DNA from: an uncultured Pseudomonadales bacterium
GTDB lineage: Bacteria > Pseudomonadota > Gammaproteobacteria > Pseudomonadales > UBA7434
Assembly (NCBI GenBank): GCA_943788835.1
Contig: CALSRU010000004.1
Coordinates: 240,300 to 304,299, forward strand
Direction: 5' to 3'
DNA length: 64,000 bases
Position 1 is the stretch's first letter. Each line of letters starts with the position of its first letter. The position numbers and the translations under genes are program-made. Positions 51,515 through 59,632 of this stretch are shown here, piece by piece. The notes beneath the pieces are model-generated. The model worked only from the letters and a program-made list of their open reading frames with translations, was not told where the DNA came from and did not search any database.

Positions 51515-54500
51515 ATGTCGTCAAATAGCGTTCACCGCTCAAAATTAACGGTAGCTTCACAGCTCGTGTTCATCGACGAGCTGCGCCCGGCCGATGTGCC
51601 TGCTCAGGCGCAGCGTTTGCTAGAGATGATTGCAAGTGCTCTTTACAAAGATCGAGGGCGTTTGTCGCGCCAGCTTGAGAAAATTAGCAAGTTGGCAAGC
51701 GACAAACACGATTGTGTTGATGACTCCCAGCGTTTGTTGCGTGCGCTGCAAGTTTCACTCAAGTCTGTGGCGAAGCGCAGTGCGCCGCTAGCCGATATGA
51801 CCTATCCACCCTCGCTACCGATTGCCTCGCATATTGATCGTTTACGAGCAACGATTGCCCAGCATCCAGTGGTCATTGTTGCTGGCGAAACCGGCTCGGG
51901 TAAAACCACGCAGTTACCGAAAATTTGTCTACAGTTGGGCCGCGGCCAATTTGGACGCATTGGTCATACTCAGCCTAGGCGACTTGCTGCTCGCACCGTC
52001 GCTGCCAGGATTGCTGAAGAAATGGGTACCAATGTGGGTGATCTGGTGGGTTTTCAGCATCGCTTCAGCGAGCAGCTCGATGAGGGTACGCGAGTTAAGG
52101 TAATGACTGATGGAGTCTTATTGGCTAACCTCCATAGTGATCGCCACCTGCGTGAGTACGACACAATTATTATTGACGAGGCGCATGAACGCAGTCTGAA
52201 TATTGATTTTTTGCTGGGCATGTTGAAAACTATTTTGCCTAGGCGGCCCGATCTTAAGCTGATAGTGACTTCGGCAACGATTGACGTCAAACGGTTTGCT
52301 GATTACTTTGACGGAGCGCCAATAATAGAGATTCCAGGCCGCAGTTTCCCTGTTGCTATTGAATATCTTGCCGATAATGAGTGTGGTGCCGTTAAGGGTG
52401 ATGACACAACTCAAATAGATAATGATAAAAAAGTAACGACGAGAGTCAGCCAAGCATCTTCCGTCCAATCTTTGGCAGAGAATTCATTAGATGATTTTAA
52501 TGGCCATTTAATCCAGACGCTGGACAAGATTGAGGGGCTGTTATTAAACCGTGATTCATTAGCGCGAGATGTGCTGGTTTTTTTGCCAGGCGAGCGTGAG
52601 ATTCGCGATGCGAGTAAAGCTCTGCGCGTCCTGCACGATAGGTATGAAGTGTTGCCGCTTTACGGCCGTTTAAGTGTTGCCGAGCAGCAGCGTATCTTCA
52701 CTCTGGAGGCGAATGCTAAAAGAGGTGATCGTAAAAAGCGCCGGGTCGTTTTAGCGACTAATGTAGCTGAAACATCGATTACCGTGCCGGGTATTGGTTA
52801 TGTGATTGATAGTGGCTTGGTGCGAATGAGCCGGTACAGCCCTAGAAGTAAGTTGCAGCGTTTGCAGGTTGAGTCGATATCCAAAGCCAGTGCTCAGCAG
52901 CGCTCTGGTCGTTCGGGCCGAATTGCCCCTGGCGTTTGTTATCGGCTTTATACCGAAGAGGATTTTAATAGTAGGCCAGACTATACCGAGCCTGAAATAC
53001 TTCGTACGCAGTTAGCGGCTGTTATTTTACAGATGAAGCGCTTGGGGCTCGGTGATATAGAAAAGTTTCCATTTCTCGAGGCGCCAGCACTAAGGCAGGT
53101 GACGGCCGGGGTCAAAACACTCGTTGAGCTGGGTGCCATGCATGCTGATGGTAGATTAACAGCCGTCGGCCGACAGCTGTCGGCACTACCCATTGATCCT
53201 CGTCTTGGCCGCATGCTGTTAGCTGGCTTAGCAAAGCATTGCGCCGCTGAAATTTTGGTCATTGTTAGTGCCTTAGCTGTGCAAGACCCGCGCGAAAATC
53301 CGGTTGAAAAGCGTGAGGCTGCGCGAATGTCACATGAGCGTTTCGCTCACTCGCAATCGGATTTTATGGCGTGGCTCAAGCTGTGGGATTATTTTGAGGC
53401 GCAGCGTCAGACCATGACACAGAGCCAGCTGCGTAAGCTCTGTGCCAAAGAGTACCTGTCTTACATGCGTATGCGAGAGTGGCGCGACATGCACCGCCAG
53501 TTACGTCTGGCCATCCGAGCCCCGGCGACTAAATTAGGCGCTTCATTGCTACCCGCTGCATGGTTTTCTTTGCCTGATGACGAGTTACCCTATGAACAGA
53601 TCCATCGCGCGATCTTGACAGGGGCCCCGCTGCAGCTAGGGCGGTTAGATGACCGCAGCAAGCGCAAAGGGGTCGTAACTGGAAAAAAGGCAAAAAAAGG
53701 TTTCGCTCGTTATTTGGGTCCCCGCAATCTGGGTTTTTCTATTTTTCCGGGGTCGTCACAATTTAAGCAAGCGCCGCGCTGGGTGATGGCTGGTGAAATT
53801 GTAGAAACATCTAAAGTCTATGCGCGCACGGTGGCAGCGATTGACCCGGCGTGGATTGCTGCTGAGCTCAAGCACTTAGTTAAGTATGAATATGCCGAGC
53901 CTTACTGGCATCGGAAACGCGGGCAGGTTGTGGCCAAACGCAGCACTTTATTTTTTGGCCTGACGCTTGAATCGTCAACGCTCACTGCCTACGCATCTAT
54001 CGATACCCTGATTGCGCGGCAGTTATTTATCCAAGCTGCGCTGGTTGAGCAGCAGTTAGACCCCGATCACCGACTCCTTGCTGCGGCCAAATTTTGGCAA
54101 CACAATCGGCTCGTTTTAGAAAAAATACGTGTACTTGAGGCAAGATTGCGGCGCCGTGATCTGCTGGTGGAAGATACGGTTTTGCAGGCTTTTTATCAGC
54201 GAGTCATACCCACGCATATCGTGAGCCGTGCAGATTTGGCCAAATGGTTGGCGACGGCTTCGGCGCAAGAGCAGCAGGTTTTGCTGTTAACCGAGCAAGA
54301 GGCCTATGCGTGCGCACCACCTGTGGATGCAATGGAGCAGTATCCTGGCCAGTTTGTGGTTGGCACGCAAGCCTTTGAGCTTAGCTACTGCTTTGCACCG
54401 GGCGAGGCCAATGATGGCGTCACAGCGCGCATACCTCTGCCTGAGATTGGGACAATACCCTTGGCGTCATTTGAATGGTTAGTGCCCGGCATGCTGGTAG

Positions 54501-55750
54501 ATAAATGCACAGAGCTGATTAAACTGCTGCCTAAAACTCAACGCAAAAGATTAGTGCCCGCTGCCCAAGTCGCCAAGGCGTTATGTGAGTATATTGCTAT
54601 TGATGATTGTATTAGTCAGTCGCGCTCACTTTTTGTAGAGTTGGCAGCCCAGATAAAAATACATCACGCCGTGGTAATAGATCCGCCCACTTGGCGAAAT
54701 CTGGCTTTGGATAAGTTGGATCCCTTTTATCAACTGCGTATTGAAGTCAGTGACATGCAGGGTAAGCAGATCTGCGAAGGTAGAGATATTGCTGCATTGC
54801 AGCATGAATGTTTGCGAGACTTTGAGCAACGTAGTAGTGACCTCAAGAGCCATGAGGTTAAAGAGAGCCCCATTACTCAGTGGAGTTTTGGCGATCTTAA
54901 TGCAGCGAGGCAGCTAGCTGCACCGGTGAGCGAGTTGACCGGTTTTATGTCTCTGGAGCGCGAGGGGGAAAGGCTGCTTATAGGGCGCTGCGCTACGTTA
55001 AAAGAAGCTGAGGCGCAAACGCGGGGCAATTTGCCGCATCTGGCGATGTATGCTTTGCCGGATAAAGTGCGCTACTTGAAAAAGCAAATATTCAAAGACA
55101 CAAAAAAGATCTTGCCCTATGTTCATTTGGGCGACCGCCAGCAATTAGTCGGCGATTTAATTCGCTTGGCGATTGTGCACTCTTGTTTTGACGATTTTAA
55201 GCAGGGTATGCCGCACACTGAGGCCGAGTTTAAGCAGAGTGTTGACGAAGGGCGCGGAGACCTTATTGCTGTGGCTAACGAATTAGAGGAAGTGACTTAT
55301 CGAATACTGGAGGGTTATCACCAGGTGTCAGCTCTGCTGCAAAAAAAGCGCGAACATTTCCCTGTCCAGTGTGTGGATATCGATGCGCAGCTTAACGAGT
55401 TAGTTTGCCCAGGTTTTTTATTGCAAGCAGGTTATGTGCAGTTGCAGCATTTGCCTCGCTACTTGCAAGCCATTGCCGTGCGGTTAGATCGCTTGGGCGG
55501 TAGGGATGTGAAAGATGCTCAATTGTGTGAAAAGTTGTCATCTTTGCAGCAGCCCCTTCATAATTTGCTATATAAGTACCCACGCGCGCAACTTTATGAT
55601 CAGCAGGTATCTGATTTTAGATGGCTGCTTGAGGAATTGCGCGTGTCGCTATTTGCGCAGCATTTAAAAACCGTTGTGCCCGTTTCAATTCAAAGAGTTC
55701 AAAAAGCGTGGCAAATGATCGACTTCAACCAATATCCACTGGTTCGTTAA
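51515..55750 (+). CDS. hrpA: ATP-dependent RNA helicase HrpA (DEAH box)
   Basis: GETGSGKTTQLP, DEAHERS, TSATID, TNVAETSITVPG, QRSGRSGR, plus the long HrpA C-terminal region. The start is uncertain; the longest ORF begins at 51380. Confidence 0.9.
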   Translation: MSSNSVHRSKLTVASQLVFIDELRPADVPAQAQRLLEMIASALYKDRGRLSRQLEKISKLASDKHDCVDDSQRLLRALQVSLKSVAKRSAPLADMTYPPSLPIASHIDRLRATIAQHPVVIVAGETGSGKTTQLPKICLQLGRGQFGRIGHTQPRRLAARTVAARIAEEMGTNVGDLVGFQHRFSEQLDEGTRVKVMTDGVLLANLHSDRHLREYDTIIIDEAHERSLNIDFLLGMLKTILPRRPDLKLIVTSATIDVKRFADYFDGAPIIEIPGRSFPVAIEYLADNECGAVKGDDTTQIDNDKKVTTRVSQASSVQSLAENSLDDFNGHLIQTLDKIEGLLLNRDSLARDVLVFLPGEREIRDASKALRVLHDRYEVLPLYGRLSVAEQQRIFTLEANAKRGDRKKRRVVLATNVAETSITVPGIGYVIDSGLVRMSRYSPRSKLQRLQVESISKASAQQRSGRSGRIAPGVCYRLYTEEDFNSRPDYTEPEILRTQLAAVILQMKRLGLGDIEKFPFLEAPALRQVTAGVKTLVELGAMHADGRLTAVGRQLSALPIDPRLGRMLLAGLAKHCAAEILVIVSALAVQDPRENPVEKREAARMSHERFAHSQSDFMAWLKLWDYFEAQRQTMTQSQLRKLCAKEYLSYMRMREWRDMHRQLRLAIRAPATKLGASLLPAAWFSLPDDELPYEQIHRAILTGAPLQLGRLDDRSKRKGVVTGKKAKKGFARYLGPRNLGFSIFPGSSQFKQAPRWVMAGEIVETSKVYARTVAAIDPAWIAAELKHLVKYEYAEPYWHRKRGQVVAKRSTLFFGLTLESSTLTAYASIDTLIARQLFIQAALVEQQLDPDHRLLAAAKFWQHNRLVLEKIRVLEARLRRRDLLVEDTVLQAFYQRVIPTHIVSRADLAKWLATASAQEQQVLLLTEQEAYACAPPVDAMEQYPGQFVVGTQAFELSYCFAPGEANDGVTARIPLPEIGTIPLASFEWLVPGMLVDKCTELIKLLPKTQRKRLVPAAQVAKALCEYIAIDDCISQSRSLFVELAAQIKIHHAVVIDPPTWRNLALDKLDPFYQLRIEVSDMQGKQICEGRDIAALQHECLRDFEQRSSDLKSHEVKESPITQWSFGDLNAARQLAAPVSELTGFMSLEREGERLLIGRCATLKEAEAQTRGNLPHLAMYALPDKVRYLKKQIFKDTKKILPYVHLGDRQQLVGDLIRLAIVHSCFDDFKQGMPHTEAEFKQSVDEGRGDLIAVANELEEVTYRILEGYHQVSALLQKKREHFPVQCVDIDAQLNELVCPGFLLQAGYVQLQHLPRYLQAIAVRLDRLGGRDVKDAQLCEKLSSLQQPLHNLLYKYPRAQLYDQQVSDFRWLLEELRVSLFAQHLKTVVPVSIQRVQKAWQMIDFNQYPLVR

Positions 55751-55809
55751 ACAGCAGTTTAGCTAAGCAAGCAGAGCGGCAGTTAGACGCTTTTGCTGAC
55801 GACGAAGCG

Positions 55810-57141
55810 ATGTGCGCTAGCCATGACAGCGCGGATCATAATTCTATTGGGGGCGGGCAGCAGGCGGATGCCGGCGCTTTGCTCAAGGTCAATTCAATTT
55901 GGGTGTCGCTGTCCGGTGGTGAGCAGCTTCATCTTCGGCATTTTTTGCCTGCAGCCGGAACGCCGAGCCAGCACGATGTGGCACATTTTTCCTCTGAGCT
56001 ATTGGATCATTTAACTGATTCTCATGGTCAGCCCAGACGCAGTGTATTTATGCTGCATGGTGAGGCTGAGTGTGGGCGTATTTTTTATGATGACTCAAAT
56101 CGCGGCTTGGCCCGTTACTTGGCAGGTTTAGGTTATGAGGTGTTTGTTGCCGATCTAGGAGGGCGAGGGCGGAGTTTAGTGCCGAATCAGCAGCAGTCGT
56201 CTTTAACCGTGCATGACTTGATCACTGAGGCTATTCCCTCGCTACTGCAGTCCGCTGCTCAACACAGTGTTGTAGTGAACAATACACAGCAACCCGCTGT
56301 AGCTGAGGCCCTTAAGCCCTGCGCCACAGGCCCGGATGTTTGGGTCGCTCACGGTTTTGGCGCCGTGCTTTTGAGTGCTGCTTGGGCCAGAATGCCAGAA
56401 GCCCAGCGCTGCGCAAAACAATGGGTGTTTTTTAATGGGCGCAGACGGTTTAGTGCAACCCAGCGAATTGCAGGTTTCTGTGTGAAGGTGTTTTGTCACT
56501 CAATCACTGAAAAACTCGTTAGCTGGCGCAACTTGTTTCCGGCAACACGCTTGGGCCTGGGAACTGCCGATGAAAATGCGAGTTGGTATCAAACGTATGC
56601 CAGCTGGATGAATGGTAAGTGGTGGTGTGGTGATGATGGGTTCGATTATTCCGCCGCGTTGCTCAGCGCCAAAGTGCCGCCAACATTGCACTTGGCAGCA
56701 GCCAGCGATAAGGTGTTTTCAAACCTTGTTGATGTGCGAAATTTCATTCATGAATTAGGCCCGCATGATGCAAGGCTATTAGTCGTAGACCAAATAGCAG
56801 CGAGTAGGCGGCGCTACAACCATCTATCCATGTTGCTTGATCAGGGTGCCGAGCAGGACTTGTTTGCCCCTCTTCAAAGCTGGCTGCGGCAGGCGCAAGC
56901 TTCGGTGATTGCCAAGCAAGCGAGCGCCACGCAAGATAGTGTCATTGCCCCAGCCCTAGTTGAGTCTGCTTATAACAAACATACAGGCCAGGCCGACCTG
57001 AGCTCTATCGACAGTGACGCGGTAAGCCCTAATTCGCAGGCTGCTATGGTTGAGGCAAATGTTCAGAAGCCATCACTCAAGGAGAGTATGGAAAAGCTGT
57101 CATTGCACGGCAAGGCTGAGCAGCTTGCTGCCTGTCTCTGA
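55810..57141 (+). CDS. Alpha/beta-hydrolase-fold protein with atypical nucleophile elbow
   Basis: VFMLHGEAECGRIFY and VADLGGRGRS resemble an alpha/beta hydrolase. The expected GxSxG position reads AHGFGA. The start is uncertain (the longest ORF, from 55708, overlaps the end of hrpA). Confidence 0.5.
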   Translation: MCASHDSADHNSIGGGQQADAGALLKVNSIWVSLSGGEQLHLRHFLPAAGTPSQHDVAHFSSELLDHLTDSHGQPRRSVFMLHGEAECGRIFYDDSNRGLARYLAGLGYEVFVADLGGRGRSLVPNQQQSSLTVHDLITEAIPSLLQSAAQHSVVVNNTQQPAVAEALKPCATGPDVWVAHGFGAVLLSAAWARMPEAQRCAKQWVFFNGRRRFSATQRIAGFCVKVFCHSITEKLVSWRNLFPATRLGLGTADENASWYQTYASWMNGKWWCGDDGFDYSAALLSAKVPPTLHLAAASDKVFSNLVDVRNFIHELGPHDARLLVVDQIAASRRRYNHLSMLLDQGAEQDLFAPLQSWLRQAQASVIAKQASATQDSVIAPALVESAYNKHTGQADLSSIDSDAVSPNSQAAMVEANVQKPSLKESMEKLSLHGKAEQLAACL

Positions 57142-57213
57142 GTTTATTTCAGGGCTCCAAGCTTCCGTCTGTATCCACATCCGTTAGGTTGCCCCTGGCG
57201 AGCGTCTTCATTC

Positions 57214-57237
57214 GTGGCCGATGGCCGCTGCTTTTTT
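57214..57237 (+). terminator. Possible intrinsic terminator separating the hydrolase gene from the RiPP operon
   Basis: GTGGCC-gat-GGCCGC stem (one G-U pair, tight loop), followed by TGCTTTTTT. Confidence 0.4.
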
Positions 57238-57360
57238 CCAGGTTCTTCTTAAGTTTACTCGCTACTCATTGTGGGTTGCCCCGCGCAATTAATTGTGGGA
57301 TTGTATTCATGTTTTATAGGCAATACGTGAAGATGCACTGCAAGGGTCTTTTTGTGTAAA

Positions 57361-57383
57361 ATGCCGTTACCTGGGCACGGCAT
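57361..57383 (+). promoter_or_regulatory. Perfect inverted repeat ATGCCGT-N9-ACGGCAT upstream of the precursor gene (candidate operator or 5' UTR hairpin)
   Basis: Read directly. It lies 45-67 nt upstream of the precursor ATG, and an AGGAG RBS follows at about 57417. Confidence 0.3.
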
Positions 57384-57427
57384 CGTGAGCTGAGGATGTA
57401 TTTAGTGAAATTAATGAGGAGTCTGAT

Positions 57428-57682
57428 ATGAGTCAACGTAATGTAAAACCTGCATCGGCGACATTGGGTGCGGCTTTCTTGGCCACGGCTCTCACCGCTG
57501 GGGCTAGCGCAGGGGTGAATCCATTCGCGGCGCAACCGCTGGGAACAGGTTACGACACTGTGCTCTTTGGTGTTAAGGGCGAGGGCGCATGCGGTGAAGG
57601 TGCATGTGGTGAGGGCGCGTGCGGTGAAGGCGCATGTGGCGGTGAAGGCGGCGGCACCGAATCTAAGGAAGGCGAGGAATGA
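57428..57682 (+). CDS. hvfA: RiPP precursor peptide: Sec signal peptide + conserved linker + (EGACG)x4 Cys-repeat core (HvfA/bufferin-like metallophore precursor)
   Basis: 84 aa. Signal peptide MSQRNVKPASATLGAAFLATALTAGASA with an AxA cleavage site. Core GEGACGEGACGEGACGEGACGGEGGG and an acidic tail. AGGAG RBS. It sits directly upstream of the DUF692 and DUF2063 genes. Confidence 0.75.
   Translation: MSQRNVKPASATLGAAFLATALTAGASAGVNPFAAQPLGTGYDTVLFGVKGEGACGEGACGEGACGEGACGGEGGGTESKEGEE
57578..57655 (+). repeat. 15-nt in-frame tandem repeat (4 full copies plus a degenerate fifth) encoding G-E-G-A-C
   Basis: ggcgagggcgcatgc / ggtgaaggtgcatgt / ggtgagggcgcgtgc / ggtgaaggcgcatgt / ggcggtgaaggcggcggc. 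The four full copies differ only at synonymous third positions. Confidence 0.9.
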
Positions 57683-57814
57683 TGTCACAAAGATAAATAG
57701 GGATCGGAGCGCGTTGGACAGTTGCAGGCTGCTTTGCCTAATTCATGATGCTGGAGATAGCAGAGTAGCCGTCGAGCCGAGTGCTTACACCTTAGTTGCT
57801 CGGGCGTATGAACT

Positions 57815-58663
57815 ATGACGTCAGTTTGCTGGTCAGCAGAGAGTGCAGTGGCTGGTATTGGCCTGCGTAGAGAAATTGCTGATGATTTAGCCGCGGCGCC
57901 TGACGGATCATTTGATTTTTTAGAAGTGGCCCCCGAGAACTGGATTCGAGTTGGGGGGCGCTATGCCAAAACTCTGCGAGCCCTGACGGAGCGGGTTCCG
58001 CTAGCGTTGCACGGTCTTTCGCTAAACATCGGTGGTTTTGCCCCCATTGATCTCGAGCTGGTAAATTCCATTGGTTTGTTCATAAAGCAACACCAATGTC
58101 CTATTTATTCTGAACATTTGAGTTATTGCGGCGATCACGGTCATCTCTACGACTTGATGCCGATTCCCTTTAGACGTGATGCAGTTAGGTTTGTAGCTGA
58201 GCGCATAGCGAGAGTGCAGGATGTTTTAGGTCAGCGAATAGCCCTTGAAAATGTTTCCTATTATGCCGCGCCCCAGCAAGAAATTCCCGAAGTTGATTTT
58301 ATCAATGCTGTTGTAAAGCAAGCTGACTGTAATATTCTGTTAGACGTTAATAATGTTTATGTGAATAGTGTTAATCATGGTTATGATGCTAAAGCATTTA
58401 TGCAGAGATTGCCTGCAGATCGCATCGTTTATATGCATGTAGGCGGTCATCTCTTTGAAACTCAGGATTTACGCGTTGATACCCATGGCGATTCAATCGT
58501 AGAGCCAGTCTGGCAGTTATTGAGAGACGCCTATCAAATGTTTGGAGTTGTACCTACGCTGCTTGAGCGAGATTTCAATTTTCCGCCTATGGCCGAATTA
58601 ATGGGGGAGGTTGCCCAGGTGCGGTGCGTGCAGAGGCTTTTTAATGGCGGGGCGAATGTCTGA
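57815..58663 (+). CDS. hvfB: DUF692 / MNIO-family multinuclear non-heme iron oxidase (MbnB/BufB/HvfB-like RiPP maturase)
   Basis: 282 aa. TIM-barrel UPF0276 pattern: GIGLRREI, FDFLEVAPENW, LHGLSLNIGG, YSEHLSYC, IALENVSYY, LLDVNNVYVNSVNHGYD, VDTHG, PTLLERD. Confidence 0.85.
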   Translation: MTSVCWSAESAVAGIGLRREIADDLAAAPDGSFDFLEVAPENWIRVGGRYAKTLRALTERVPLALHGLSLNIGGFAPIDLELVNSIGLFIKQHQCPIYSEHLSYCGDHGHLYDLMPIPFRRDAVRFVAERIARVQDVLGQRIALENVSYYAAPQQEIPEVDFINAVVKQADCNILLDVNNVYVNSVNHGYDAKAFMQRLPADRIVYMHVGGHLFETQDLRVDTHGDSIVEPVWQLLRDAYQMFGVVPTLLERDFNFPPMAELMGEVAQVRCVQRLFNGGANV

Positions 58664-59468
58664 CACTAGCAAGCTTGGTGGTAAAGACTGCGCTGTCGCT
58701 GCGCAAGGGCACGATGAGATGGTCGCTATCCAGAAGCGTTTTAGTGCCCACATGCGCAACCCCGAAGTAAACGCTGGGCCCGCTTTTATTGAGAGTCGGC
58801 GGCTTAAAATCTATAGTGATCTCGTTTATAACAATATTGAACGGCTGGCCCTTAGTGCTTTTCCTGTGGTGCGTTCTCTCTATGGTGATAAGGATTGGCA
58901 GGAATTAGTGCGTAATTTCATCTGTATTCATAGCTGCCAAACCCCATATTTTACGGAGTGGGGCGGTGAATTTATTAATTATTTAGAAAATGAACATCCC
59001 GCAAGCGATAGTGATCAACCATTTTTGCTTGAATTGGCACGGTATGAGTGGGCAGCATCAGCACTCTTTTTCTCAGATGCAGAAAATCCGGCATCGATGA
59101 TTAAGCATGATACTGATGCAGCACTCATCGATGGCGTGCCTCACTTATCGCCACTGGCTTGGCCAATGGTTTTTAGTTATCCGGTGCATAAAATTGGCCA
59201 GCACTTTCAGCCTCATCAGCCTAGTGCCGATCCTGTCTGTTTGGTGGTTTATCGTAACCGGGCAGATCAAGTCCGATTTTTGGAATGCAATGCGGTGACT
59301 GGGCGTATGTTGGAGCTTTTGGAACAAGGTGCTGGCGCTAGCGGTCGAGATTTGCTGCAAACAATTGCCATCGAACTGCGGCACCCCGAGCTGGCTCAAG
59401 TGATTGATGGTGGCCGGGTCATCCTCGAACAGCTACATAGTTTGGATATCATCTATTATTTAAATTGA
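58656..59468 (+). CDS. hvfC: DUF2063-family partner protein (BufC/HvfC-like, substrate-recruiting subunit)
   Basis: The ATG at 58656 overlaps the upstream stop (ATGTCTGA), suggesting translational coupling. DUF2063-like N-domain: QKRFSAHMRNP, LKIYSDLVYNNIERLALSAFPVVRSL, YFTEWGGEFINYL, ELARYEWA. Confidence 0.8.
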   Translation: MSDTSKLGGKDCAVAAQGHDEMVAIQKRFSAHMRNPEVNAGPAFIESRRLKIYSDLVYNNIERLALSAFPVVRSLYGDKDWQELVRNFICIHSCQTPYFTEWGGEFINYLENEHPASDSDQPFLLELARYEWAASALFFSDAENPASMIKHDTDAALIDGVPHLSPLAWPMVFSYPVHKIGQHFQPHQPSADPVCLVVYRNRADQVRFLECNAVTGRMLELLEQGAGASGRDLLQTIAIELRHPELAQVIDGGRVILEQLHSLDIIYYLN

Positions 59469-59632
59469 CCAACCAAAATACTGTAGTTTTAATCACTATA
59501 AAGCTGATGTAGGTTGATATCCTTTGGCTTGTATAATCGCGAAGCCCGCGGGGACATTGCCCAAGTGGTTTTTACGATCGGCCACTGTTAACATCCCTCT
59601 CGCCAAAAACAAGAACAGGACGCGCTATTAAC

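Noticed and set aside
48804-55750. Extra length of MnmC (772 aa) and HrpA (over 1400 aa) relative to the E. coli proteins. Considered as insertions or domain gains.
   Set aside because: Without alignments I cannot place or characterise the insertions. Part of the HrpA excess is probably an over-called start. Not reportable as a finding.
57314-57688. A 124-aa minus-strand ORF, and the alternative plus-frame ORF 57567..57818, overlapping the precursor gene.
   Set aside because: Both are low-complexity read-throughs of the GC-rich 15-nt repeat (Ala/Cys/Thr/Arg strings). Neither has an RBS. The plus-strand 84-aa frame has an RBS, a signal peptide and the genomic context expected of the real gene.
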